Below are positions 1-10,960 of a stretch of DNA of 47,244 nt, piece after piece. A program made the translations under genes and the position numbers. The notes below the pieces were generated by a model. It was not told where the DNA came from. It saw nothing but the letters and a program-made list of their open reading frames with translations, and did not search any database. Each line of letters starts with the position of its first letter. Positions within the stretch are counted from its first letter, which is position 1. The stretch lies in contig JAXLNO010000689.1 in NCBI GenBank assembly GCA_038087875.1, positions 62,001 to 109,244 of the forward strand, in the 5' to 3' direction. Source of the DNA: Malacoraja senta (lineage: Eukaryota).

Positions 1-219
1 TAATTGCATGTAATATCCTCGGTGAACTAAACAAATTACACATGCACAATGCGTAAAACTAGTTTTTGGTAAGTGTTTGTTCAATGGCCTGTGGCTAACG
101 TGACTCTGGAGGGTACCAATTAGCTCAGTGGGCGTTCCGTGGTGTAGAATAACACGTTGATCTGGTGCATGTCGCTACTTGGAACGCTTCGTATGACTGG
201 TCGCTGCTTCAGGTAGAAA

Positions 220-289
220 ATGGAGTATCCAGCGATTTTCCACGTTGCAAGAAATTACTATCCTGTACTTGCAGCGATCGGCATTCCTG
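220..289 (+). pseudogene. Orphan coding exon 1 of a duplicated GPR139-like receptor (MEYPAIFHVARNYYPVLAAIGIP, phase-1 donor); its own exon 2 is deleted
   Basis: ATG at 220, 23 open codons + G, then donor GTAAGG at 290. 67/70 nt identical to exon 12184-12253. No 7TM exon was seen between 290 and 12184. Confidence 0.8.
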
Positions 290-337
290 GTAAGGTACTA
301 GAACTGACTCGGCGACCGTTTCAAGGAACAGTTAGGG

Positions 338-668
338 AGGGCGGCACGGTGGCCCAGCGGTAGAGTTGCTGTCTTACAGCTCTTTCAGCACTTTCAGCGC
401 CAGAGACCCATGTTCGATCCTGACTACGGGTGCTGTATGTACGGCGTTTGTACGTTCTCCTCGTGACTTGCGTGGGTTTCTCCAAGAACTTCGATTTTTC
501 CCCCACATTCCTAAGACGTACAGGATTGTAGGCTTATTGGCTTGGTAAATATGTAAAAAATGTTCCTAATATGTGATGGATAGTGCTAATGTGCGGGGAT
601 AGCTGGTCGGTGCGCACTCGTTCGGCATGTTTCAGCGCTGTATCTCTAAACTAAACTAAACTGAACTT
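338..668 (+). mobile_element. tRNA-derived SINE (HE1/V-SINE-like)
   Basis: Head gggcggcacggtggcccagcggtagag (A box), gttcgatcc (B box), (ctaaa)n tail. Confidence 0.85.
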
Positions 669-1031
669 ACACTTGGTTCGCCAACGCCTATTTGTTCTGA
701 TGGTTGCTAAGCATTTGATATCGCCTTTCATTCACATACTGACCTTTTTGACCTGCGCCTTTGTCAGAGTGCGGCGGCACACAAACCGAATATCAGCTCC
801 TCATAATCCGCTTGATTAGCTTACAAACTGATTGAGTCCTTTCTCTAATATTAGGCACCAAATCCACATCCACATCCTCTCCTATCTGCCACTCAGTTAT
901 GTGTTCTACCACCGGTCCTCGCACCCAATTCTATCAAACACCTCCCCTTTCATCGACATTTCTTCTCCTGGCTTCACAATGCACATCCTTTGACATATCT
1001 CAAAACGTTTGACTTTTGACATCTGCGAATG

Positions 1032-1320
1032 TTAGTTTAGTTCAGTTCAGTTCTGAGATATAGCGTGGAAACAGATCCTTCGGCACACCCATGCCGCCCA
1101 TTAATCCCCACACCGTAACAATAACCGACACAGATTACGTACAATTTAACCTTATACAAAATCAATTAACATACATGTACGTTTATGGAGTGTGGGATGC
1201 AACCGGAGCACCCACACAGTACAAGGGGAGAAGGTACAAACTCCATACAGACAGTATCCGTAGGCCGGATCAAATCCGTGTCTCTGGTAGCAACTTTACC
1301 ACTGCGCCACCGTGCCGCCC
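1032..1320 (-). mobile_element. tRNA-derived SINE, inverted relative to 338-668
   Basis: Ends in ctgcgccaccgtgccgccc (reverse complement of the SINE head) and has a (tttag/ttcag)n tail at the left end. Confidence 0.75.
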
Positions 1321-1419
1321 CATGTTGAACCCATCTGCTCAACATTTTCCACCTATAATTCGCCAGGCTTTGCCCTGTCGCTCCTTTTTTTAAAATAGGT
1401 TTCCCCAACCACCACAACA

Positions 1420-1640
1420 AATCTGAGGAAGGGACCCGAGCAATTGCTGACCCGCTGAGTTCCTCCAGCACTTTGTATCTATCCGTGTTCTCCAGAGATG
1501 TTGCTTGACCCGCTGAGTTACAACACACTTTATTCCGATCCGTGTTCTGCAGATATGCTGCCTGATGCGCTGAGTTACTCCCAAACCTTGTACCTATCCG
1601 TGTACACCTGAGGTGTTGCCTGACCCACTGACTTGATCTT
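1420..1640 (+). repeat. ~58-bp tandem repeat derived from a Penelope terminal-repeat segment (3 units + partial)
   Basis: Units of ctgacccgctgagttactccagcactttgtatctatccgtgttctccagagatgctgc, preceded by a degenerate ctgaggaagggacccga. Confidence 0.75.
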
Positions 1641-1817
1641 GTACGTTGTGAATGCTTTACATTATTGTCTGCCATTCCTTGTATCTGCTATTTGCGTGGC
1701 TCGTCTTTCATATTTCGCTTCTTACAACGTGGACTCGCCGTTTACTAGGACAAATGTCCTCCGTGCCAAAGAACTAGCTGCGTGACAGTCGCGAAAGAGA
1801 ATTATTCTGTTGATCGG

Positions 1818-1965
1818 CACAAAATGCTGCAGTAACTCAGCGGGACAGGCAGCATCTCTGGAGAGAAGGAGTGGGTGACATTTTGGATGTCTTTGGACCT
1901 TTCTTCTCCACCTGAAACGTCACCAATTCCTTCTCTCCCGAGATGATGACTGTCCCGCTGAGTAA
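1818..1965. repeat. Palindromic (head-to-head) Penelope terminal-repeat derivative
   Basis: Left arm actcagcgggacaggcagcatctctggagagaagga...gtgac pairs with right arm gtcac...tccttctctcccgagatgatgactgtcccgctgagt. Confidence 0.7.
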
Positions 1966-2097
1966 AATATAGCGGAGATGAGCGGCAAGCCAGAGGATTG
2001 GGGAACATTTAGAGCACATCAGAGGGTAACTAAAAAGGCAATTCGGAGAGAAATGATGGACGAAAATATGCTAGCCAAGATTAGTTAAGACAATCTG

Positions 2098-3390
2098 GCT
2101 CAGACCTTCTAATCCTGGCAGCATCCTCACCAACATCTTATATAACTGCAACATGACCTCCCAATTTCCATACTCGATACTCTGACTGATGAATAACAAT
2201 ATGCCAAAAGCCTTCTCACCACCTGATCTACGTGCGACACCGCCTTCAGGGAACTATGCACATAATAATAATAATAATAATAATAAATGTTATTTATGGG
2301 CGCCTTTCAAAAGTCTCAAGGACACCTTACAAAGTTTAACAAATAGAGTAGAAACATGTAAGCGGAATGAAATAAATAGCAAAGACATCACCAGTACACA
2401 AATTAAAGATAGAATTAAATCCCAAAACAAAAATCAAAAACACAATATGGAAGAGAGAGCAACGGCTGCTAAAGCGCACCAGCGTCCACTTTCCCTTCCG
2501 ACCGCCATCTTGGACATAGACTACACATAGACACTACACATTACACACAAAATCATCCCCCACAATGATTACCACTGTGGGGGAGGCACAATGTCTAGTC
2601 CCCAAACCCAGTTCACCCAAAGTCAGGCCTATTGAGGCTTCCACAGTTGCCTCTACGGAGGCCCGATGTTCCTGGCCGTTCTCGCCGGGTGCAGTTGCCC
2701 CGGCGTCGGGAGAGTCCTCACAGCGGCTGGGACGGCGGGAACGGCCGATTTCCTACCGGAGTCCGTGGCACCTGAAGCCGACAAGGCCGCGCCGAGTTGG
2801 AGCTCAGAGGCTCCCGATGTTGGAGTCGGCGCCGCCGCCCGCGGCTGGTCGCTCCGCAGTCCCGCAGCCCGGAGGTGTTGAGGTCGGCGGTCGCAGCTCA
2901 CCGGAACTCCAGCGCGTCGATCCAGCGCGGCGACCCAGGCAAGGCATCGCCCGCTCCGCTCCGCTTCGCTCCGCGATAGCGCTCCAGCGCTGTGCCGCCA
3001 CCGAAGCTGAAGGTGCTGGGCAGTCCCCGCCACGAACACGACGCTCCACGCCGCTCCACGCCCGCTGGTAGGCCGCAAGGACGGGTCGACGGGGCAGCCC
3101 GGAGAAAAAGCTGCCTCACCGACCAGGTAGGGACCTAGTAATATGTTCCCCCTTACCCCCCCACATTAAAAGCCAAAATTCCCCAACAGACAAAGAAATA
3201 AAAAAACTAAAAACTAAGAAAAAAGTGAATTTAACGGACGGCTGCTGGTTAGCAGCCGTTCCCCAAGATGGCTCCTCCTCGATGTACTCCTATATCTCTC
3301 TGCTCTACAACACTACCCAATAGACACAACGACAATGGATGCAGAACTAGGCCATTGGACGCTTCGAGCCAGCACCGCCATTCAATGTGA
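2098..3390 (+). repeat. Continuation of duplication copy A, paralogous to 20170-20429 (the sequence downstream of exon 2), interrupted by the insertion at 2263-3280
   Basis: gctcagacctt...gggaactatgcacat (2098-2263) and gtactcctatatctctctgctctacaacactaccca...gcaccgccattcaat (3284-3386) are contiguous at 20170-20429. Confidence 0.85.
2263..3280 (-). mobile_element. GC-rich non-autonomous retroelement with an L2-like 3' tail and (TTA)n end
   Basis: Absent from the paralogous site near 20334. CpG-rich core shared with 33976-34722 (ggtccctacctgg..ggtgaggcagcttttctccgggctgc). Tail tgtaaggtgtccttgagacttttgaaaggcgcccataaataa(tta)n. Confidence 0.75.
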
Positions 3391-3489
3391 TCATGGCTGA
3401 TCATCCCTAATCCAAATCATCCTGACCCGAACCATTCACGGTGTGGGTTCTGCCCATGATAGACTTCCCAAAAATGCCAGTATATCCAA

Positions 3490-4350
3490 TCTCACTGAAC
3501 AGCATCGAGAGACATTCCAACCACAAATGATAAGCTTACTGTTCTATAGTTAACAGCATTTTCACTGCAGCCCTTCTTGAATAAAGGCACAGCATTTGCC
3601 ACCCAACAATCTTCTGGCAACCATCCCGTATTTATAGACGACTCGTAAATTTCAAACAGGGATCCCACAATCTCCTCTGTGGTTTCCCATAATGACCTCG
3701 GATATATCTGATCAGGCCCTGGAGAGTTGTCTAACTTCATACACGAAAGTACCTTCAACGTACTATCGACCGTAATACTGACTGCTTTTATTACCTTGCC
3801 CTTGACTGCCCCAAGTTCCTCCGTCCTCCTCTCTTTTTCCTCGGTAAATACTTATGAGAAACACTCATTGAGGACCTTGCCCATCTCCTTTTGCTACACA
3901 CATAGTTGACCGTTTTGCATCCTGAGGGATCCCACTATCTAGTGTTACCCTTTCCATCCTTATATATTTATAAAATATCTTGGGATTTCCTTAATGCTAT
4001 TTGCCAGAGCGAGCTCCTTGCCTCTTATTTTGCCCTTCTGATTTCCTTTTTTAATTTGCTCCTTGGTTCCCGAATCTCCGCCAGGGTTACACATGATCCC
4101 AGCTGCCTATACATGTCCAATGCGTGCTTTTATTCTTAACTGTTGCCTCAATTTCTCCCGACATCCAAGGTTCCTTAGGTTTTCCTGTCTTGCCCTTCGC
4201 TACAACAGGGACGTGTCTATCCTGACCAATTGTCATCACACCTTTAAACACATCCCAATTGGTTGATGTTCTTTTCCCCGCAAAACAGCTCCTATCAACT
4301 TGAGCGAGACACTCTCTCATGCCCGGAAAGTTGACCTTACCCAAATGTTG
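3490..4350 (-). mobile_element. CR1 LINE ORF2 fragment, degraded
   Basis: Translations SPGPDQIYPRSLWE...WVANAVPLFKKG...NYRTVSL and KEPWMSGEIEA are typical of CR1 ORF2. Confidence 0.8.
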
Positions 4351-4429
4351 CTTTTTAACGTGATTTCTCTTTCTTTCCCTTTATCTATCTATCTATCTTA
4401 AACCTAATCGAACCTAATATGTAGGACCA

Positions 4430-4790
4430 TCTACATGTTGCTGACTATGGAGCGGATGTTTCTACTCGGGGGAGAGTATAGGACTAGAGATCATGGTGTC
4501 ACAATTAAAGGACTTTCCTTTAGCAAGGAGAAGAGGAGAAATGTATTTATTCAGAGGGTGGTGAATCTGTGGAATTCATTATCACAGAACAGCGTGGGTG
4601 CCGTCAATAGATGTCTTTGGGGCAGAGATAGATAGATTCTTGATTAGCACACGTGTCAGGAGCTATGAGGAGAAAAAGGCAGGGAGGGGTTAGGAGGGAT
4701 AGATACAGTAGATTAGCCACGATTGAATGGCGTTTACATGGGCCGAATGGCCTAATTATGCTCTGATCACTAATGTCCTTATGATCTGTA
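4430..4790 (+). mobile_element. CR1 LINE 3' end fragment
   Basis: FIQRVVNLWNSLSQ C-terminal motif followed by the CR1 3'UTR (gggccgaatggcctaatt). Confidence 0.8.
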
Positions 4791-4959
4791 GAATTCATCC
4801 CACGGGGAAGACGCTGTTCCAGCTTTAAGTGATGAATCAACTTCACTTGGTAATTTATATCGGAGTTTCGAATTACGAGCATTGTCTCAGCTGACAGCTC
4901 TTGCTTCTTACTCGTTCCTTTTCGTCTGTGTAACAGCACGAAAGCGCCTAAACCACATT

Positions 4960-5480
4960 CACAACTTATCGTAGCTCGTAAACCTCATTCACAACTTACA
5001 TGATCTCCCGGTTGCCAAATACTTTAATTTACTGTCCTTGGCGTCCTCCACTGTTATAGTGAGGCAAAAAGGAAATTGTTGGAACATCTTCTCATATTTT
5101 GCTTGGGAAGCTTGCACCATTGGGGTATGAAAAATGATGTATTTAGCTTCAAGCAACCACTACATTATTTCTATCTCCATCCCCTCATCTCAAGTAATAT
5201 CAGCTTTACGATCTCACCTTTTAAACACCTAACAGTGGTATGTTTCCTTTATCATTGTAACTTATTGTGCATATCTTTCATTCATTTGTTCTATATCACT
5301 TTACATTATCACGTATATATCTCAGTCTCTATGAGGTGATTTTCAGTTTGAAGAAGAATCGCGACCCCAAATGTCACGCATTCCTTCTCTCTAGATAAGC
5401 TGCCTGTCCCGTTGCGTTCCTCCAGCATTGAGTGTCTATCTTCGGTTTAAACCAGCATCTGCAGTTTCATCCTGCACATT
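4960..5480 (+). mobile_element. Penelope-like element 3' remnant
   Basis: KRKLLEHLLIFCLGSLHHWGM matches the C-terminus of the element at 17950-18020. It is followed by a degenerate ttgaagaagaatcgcgaccccaaatgtcac terminal-repeat motif. Confidence 0.65.
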
Positions 5481-5499
5481 TCCTCACACCGAAAGTCCA

Positions 5500-6660
5500 G
5501 GAACAGAGAAGGTGGGTGCCCATGGTCAGAAACAGGAAGTGCAGGTGACTTCACTGACCATCCTACTTCAAATCAAATACACACTTTAGAGTGCTGACGT
5601 GGGGGGACCTCACGTCAAAGTTGAGCAGCTGTGGCAGGAAGGACTGTTACAGAAACTCTGCCACTGAGGCTCAGCAGGTAATGGCTACGTCAAGCAGAGC
5701 CACAATTGTATATGACTACATAATTCGAGGTGCAGACAGGGGTTGATGTGGCAGCAATCGAGACTGAAGGATTGTGTGTTGCTTCCCTACTGCCAGGGTT
5801 CACGGCGTCTCGGAGCGGATTCATGACATCCTCTGGAGGGAGGGGAAGCAGCGGTAAGTCGTTGTGCATGTTGACACAAATTACGTAGGTGGGAAATGGA
5901 AGTACAGTCTGCAACATGAGTATTGGGAGTTGGGTAAAAAACAAAAAAAAACATGACTTCCAGTGTCGTGATCTTTGGATCGGTTCCAGCGCCACGTGGT
6001 AGTGAGGATAGGAACAGGAAGATACATGAGTTGAATCTGGGCTGAGAGGTTGGTGCAGAGGCTGAGATTCAGATATGTAGATCATTGTGATCACTTCTGG
6101 GGATGAGGTGGCCTTTCCAAGAACGATGGCTTACATGTTAGCTTGAGAGGATTGAATATCCAGGCACGCATGATCGCTAGTGCTGCACGGGTGGGTTTCA
6201 ATTAGATTGACAGGGAGGTGGGATCTCATCCGATAACGAGGCACATGAGATTCAGGACGTTGGTATGGAGGGTGGGGAAAGGAAGTCAGTCAGCGAGTAG
6301 TGGCTGTTCGTTTAAATTATGCTAATTGTAATGCAACAGGCCTGATGGGTAAGACAGATGAACTTAGGGCTTGGCTAGGTGCGTGCGACTGGGACGTTAC
6401 GCCTATTATATAAACCTAGCTAATAGATGGTATGATTGGAAGCTCAACGTTTCAGGGTCCAGGTGCTTCAGGAGAGACAACGTTGTCGGTAAAAGTGGAG
6501 GGTTGTTCCGTTATTGGTTTGGGACGGGACCACAGCAGTGGACAAAGTTGACTTTACGGACGGTTCGTTCATCTGACCGTGGAGCTAACGAACAAGAAAG
6601 GGATGATCACCTTTTTTGGCGCATTCTATAGGCCGGCAAGTTGTCAACGGGAATTAAAAT
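5500..6660 (+). mobile_element. Degraded CR1 LINE 5' region (ORF1 esterase and start of ORF2 endonuclease)
   Basis: Nucleotide similarity to 22100-23400 (gtgtgttgcttccctactgccagggtt, gttgtgcatgttgacacaaat, gatggcttacatgttagc). Confidence 0.65.
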
Positions 6661-6740
6661 ACCAAAGACCAAATTAAAATACCCTCGCTCTGCAGCAGCC
6701 GCAAAGACTCATGTGTGAGAGACTCCCAAACGCATATGTA

Positions 6741-8341
6741 CAGTGGCTTGCAAAAGTATTCATATCCCTTGAACTTTTCCACATTTTGTCACGTTACAAC
6801 CATAAATGTATTTTATTGGGATTTTATGTGATAGACCAACAGAAAGTGGCGCATAATTGTGATGTGGAAGGAAAATGATACATGGTTTTCAATTTTTTTT
6901 AGAAATAAAATACTGAAAAGTGTGGCATGCAAACGTATTCAGCCCCCTTTACTCTGATACCCCTAAATATAATCCAGTGCAACCAATTGCCTTCAGAAGT
7001 CACTTAATTATTAAATAGAGTCCTCTTGTGTGTAATATAATCTCAGTATAAATACAGCTGTTCTGTGAAGGCCTCAGAGGTTTGTTAGAGAACATTAGTG
7101 AACAAACAGCATCATGAAGCCCAAAGAACACACCAGACAGGTCAGGGATAAAGTTGTGGAGAAGTTTAAAGCAGGGTTAGGTTATAAAAAAATATCCCAA
7201 GCTTTGAACATCTCACGGAGCACTGTTCAATCCATCATCCGAAAATGGTAAGAGTATGGCACAACTGCAAACCCACCAAGACATGGCCGTCCACCTAAGC
7301 TGAGAGGCCGGGCAAGGAGAGCATTGATCAGAGAAGCAGCCATGGTAACTCTGGAGGAGCTGCAGAGATCCACAGCTCAGGTGGGAGAATCTGTCCACAG
7401 GGCAACTATTAGTCGTGCTCTCCACAAATCGGGCCTTTATGGAAGAGTGGCAAGAAGAAAGCCATTGTTGAAAAAAAGCCTTAAGAAGTCCCGTTTTCAG
7501 TTTGCCACAAGCCATGTGGGGGACACAGCAAACAGGTGGAGGAAGGTGCTCTGGTCAGATGAGACCAAAATTGAAGTTTTTGGCCTAAATGCAAAACGCT
7601 ATGTGTGGCGGAAACCTAACACTGCACATCACCCTGAACACACCATCCCCACTGTGAAACATGGTGGTGGCAGCATCATGCTGTGGGGATGCTTTTCTTC
7701 ACCAGGGACAGGGAAGCTGGTCAGAGTTGATGGGAAGATGGATGGAGCCAAATACAGGGCAATCTTGGAAGAAAACCTGTTAGAGTCTGCAAAAGACTTG
7801 AGACTGGGGCGGAGGTTCACATTCCAGCAGGACAACGACCCTAAACATACAGCCAGAGCTACAATGGAATAGTTTAGATCAAAGCATATTGATGTGTTAG
7901 AATGGCCCAGTCAAAGTCCAGACCTAAATCCAAATGAGAATCTCTGGGAAGACTTGAAAATTGCTGTTCACAGACGCTCTCCATCCAATCTGACTGAGCT
8001 TGAGCTATTTTGCAAAGAAGAATGGGCACAAATTTCAGTCTCTAGATGTGCAAAGCTGGTAGAGACTTACCCCAAAAGACTTGCAGCTGTAATTGAAGCG
8101 AAAGGTGGTTCTACAAAGTATTGACTCAGGGGGGCTGAATACTTTTGCACGCCACACTTTTCAGTTTTTTATTTGTAAAAAAATTTGAAAACCATGCATC
8201 ATTTTCCTTCTACTTCACAATTATGCACCACTTTGTGTTGGTCTATCACATACAATCCCAATAAAATACATTTACGTTTGTGGTTTTAACGTGACAAATG
8301 TGGAAAAGTTCATGGGGTATGAAAACTTTTGCAAGCTACTG
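6741..8341 (+). mobile_element. Full-length Tc1/mariner (DD34E, IR/DR type, Passport-like) DNA transposon
   Basis: TA on both flanks (6739-40, 8342-43). ~210-bp TIRs starting cagtggcttgcaaaagtattca, with an inner direct repeat gcaaa.gtattca. 1601 bp long. Confidence 0.95.
7114..8124 (+). pseudogene. Tc1 transposase pseudogene (two in-frame stops, at 7249 and 7870)
   Basis: Single frame MKPKEHTRQVRDKVVEK...GRPPKL...WSDETK...HGGGSIMLWGCF...QQDNDPKH...SPDLNPNENLW...GGSTKY. Exactly 34 residues lie between the second D and the E. Confidence 0.92.
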
Positions 8342-8489
8342 TATGTTAAAATAATCTTACTTATAAAGTAACCGTTTGATCACGAATTTTGGACTCGCTA
8401 CACGGGCATGATTGAATGTCGGAGTAGACTCGATGGACCTAATGGCCTAATTCTGCTGCTATCACTTGTGATCGTATGACCTTATAACA

Positions 8490-8690
8490 CACTTTGGAGT
8501 TGTACTGATAGATTGCACACTATGGTGGTACGAATGGAGAGATATACTGTGGTATGGGCCTGACGGAGTGAAACACTGTGGAATGCATCTGCGTGGTGTA
8601 GAACTAATAGAGTGCCATACTGAAGGGTAATACAGATAGAATTATCATCTGTGGGGAAGTACTGAAGGAGAGACACACCGCAATACACCA
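8490..8690 (-). repeat. ~30-bp minisatellite (same family as 46515-47244), degenerate; resumes at ~9460-9560
   Basis: Repeated gtactga.ggag.gacacactgtgg units. Confidence 0.6.
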
Positions 8691-8694
8691 GAAT

Positions 8695-9457
8695 ACAATA
8701 TAATACAATACAATAATATAATACTTTATTATCTAAGTGTGTTTTGCAACATTTGCCAAGTCAGTCATAAAAATAAAAAGCAACGGAACACACAAATTAC
8801 ATTTTTACATAAATGTCCACCAAAGGGATCCCTCCACATTCCTCACTGTGATGGGAGGCGAAAAAAAAGTTCAATTTCTTCCAGTCTTTGTTCTGCCGTG
8901 TTCGAGGGCCTAGAGCCTTCCGTTGACGGGACGATCTTGACTCCTGTAACGGCGGCGTTTGGGCCCTCCGCACCGGGGCGATAAGTTACCGCATCAGGGC
9001 GATGTCAGCTCCCCCGCGCCGACGATCGGACCCCAAGTCGGGGCTGATCGAACTTCTGCGTCGTTGGAGCACCCGACTAGGCCTTTCCCGATTCTGCGAG
9101 CTCTCGATGGCAAAGTCCGCAGATCGCAATTGGAGCGATCTCAGACAAGGGAGCAGCTACGATGGAAAGTCTACGCCCCACGGTGGTACTCAAAGTAAGT
9201 CCGGTGAGGCCTCCAGCTTCATCGATGTTAGGCTGCAGAGCGACCGGAGAGACGACTCGAAATCCAATCGCATCTCCGGCAACGTAAGATATTGAAAAAC
9301 ATTTCCCCCGACCCCTCCCCCCCCCACACACACAGCCTCCCCCCCACGCATAAAACAAACAAGATAACATAGACACAAACATTTAAAACACTAAAAATAA
9401 CAAAAGAAAGGCGAAAAACAGGCAAACTGTTGGCGGGGCTGCCAATCGTGCGGTGCA
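8695..9457 (-). mobile_element. GC-rich non-autonomous retroelement with a (TATTG)n tail
   Basis: Same layout as 2263-3280 (gcagc head, T-rich tract, G-run, CpG-rich core, aataaa plus microsatellite tail); inserted inside the minisatellite. Confidence 0.6.
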
Positions 9458-9606
9458 TTATGGGGTGTTACTGATTGTGCGCACAATGTGGAAAATTATT
9501 GTGTGGTGAATACACACTGTGGGACAGTACTGATGGAGAGACACTCTACGGAATAATACTGTCCCTCTTTGGATCACATGCGATCAAACCTACCATGCGG
9601 AACTTT

Positions 9607-10960
9607 AGAAACAGAAACGTAGAAAATATTTGCAGGAGGAGGCCATTCGGCCCTTCGAGCCAGCACCGCCATGCATTGTGATCATGGCTGATCGTCCACT
9701 ATCAATAATCCGTGCCTGCCATCTCCCCATATTCCTTGACTCCACTAGCCCATAGAGCTCGATTTAACTATCTCTTAAATCCATTCTGTGATTTTGTCTC
9801 CACTGTCCTCTGTGGCAGGGAATTCCATAAATTCACAACTCTCTGGGTGAAAACGTTTTTTCTCACCTCAGTCTTAAATGACCTCCCCATTATTCTAAGT
9901 CTGTGGCGCCTGGTTCTGGATTCTCCCAACATTGGGAACATTTTTCCTCCATCTAGCTTGTCCAGTCCTTTTATAATTGTGTATGTTTCTATAAGATCAC
10001 CCCCTCATCCTTCTAAACTCTAGTGAATACAAGCCTAGTCTTTTCAACCTTTCCTCATATGACGGTCCCGCCATCCCAGGGATCAATGTCGTGAACCTAC
10101 CCTGCACTGCCTCAACAGAAGGATGTCCTTCCTCAAATTAGGATACCAAAACTGTACACAATACTCCAGATGAGGTCTCATCAGAGCCCTATACAACTGC
10201 AGAAGAACCGCATTACTCCTATACTGAAATCCTCTTGTTTTGAAGGCCAACATTACATTAGTTTTCTTCACTGCCTGCTGTACCTGCACGCAGTGCCAAA
10301 GTCCGCAGATCGCAATAGGAGCGATCTCAGACAAGGGAGCAGTGCCCGGTGCACATTTCCACCCAGGTCTCGCTGTACCTCCCCCTTACCTAACCTAACC
10401 CCATTGAGATAATAATCTGCCACCTTGTTTTTGCCGCCAAAGTGGATAACCTCACATTTATCTATATTATACCGCATCTGCCACGCATCTGCCCACTCAC
10501 TCAACGTGTCCTGGTCACCCTGCAACCTCCTAACATCCTCTTCATAGTTCATACTGCCACCCAGCTGTGTGTCATCCGCAAACTTGCTAGTGTTGCTCCT
10601 AATTCCCTCTTCTAAATCATTAATATATATGGTAACAGTTGCGGCCCCAACAACGTGAATTGCGGCACTCCACTAGCCTCTGCCTACCATTCTGAATAGG
10701 ACCCGTTCACTACTAATCTTTGCACCTGTCTCCCAACCAATTTTCTATCCATGTCAACACCCTATCCCCAATTCCATGTGCTCTAATTTTAGACACAGGT
10801 CTCTTGTCGTTAGCCTCACTGATATCCATGTATACAACATCGACAAGTCACTTCTCAACGCCTTTTTGGTCACGTCTGCAAAAAACTCAATCAGACTTGC
10901 GAGACACTACCTTACCCGTACAAATCCATGCTGACTATACCTAATCAGCCCTTGCTTATC
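9607..10960 (-). mobile_element. CR1 LINE 3' portion (RT)
   Basis: EEDVRRLQGDQD..WQMRYNIDKCEVIHFGGKN and LYRALMRPHLEYCVQFW motifs; tagaaac tail at the left end. Confidence 0.9.

Larger units (their letters stand above)
1..2093 (+). repeat. Segmental duplication, copy A (paralogous to 11965-14215; runs off the left edge of the window)
   Basis: Window start taattgcatgtaatatcctcggtgaactaaa recurs at 11965 (offset 11964). Colinear similarity continues through exon 1, both SINEs (including a shared ctttcagc duplication) and the Penelope-derived repeats up to ttagttaagacaa. Confidence 0.95.

Noticed and set aside
338..430. tRNA-like sequence
   Set aside because: It is a SINE head with body and tail attached, and an internal duplication disrupts the cloverleaf.
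1166..1675. 169-aa ORF with internal repeats (also 13436-13748)
   Set aside because: Translation of a 58-bp tandem repeat plus SINE; not conserved as an ORF in the duplicate.
2565..3119. Cluster of overlapping Ala/Arg/Pro-rich ORFs (also at 34063-34718 and 8959-9458)
   Set aside because: Open frames in several phases are expected in a GC-rich repeat core, and the frames are not conserved between copies.
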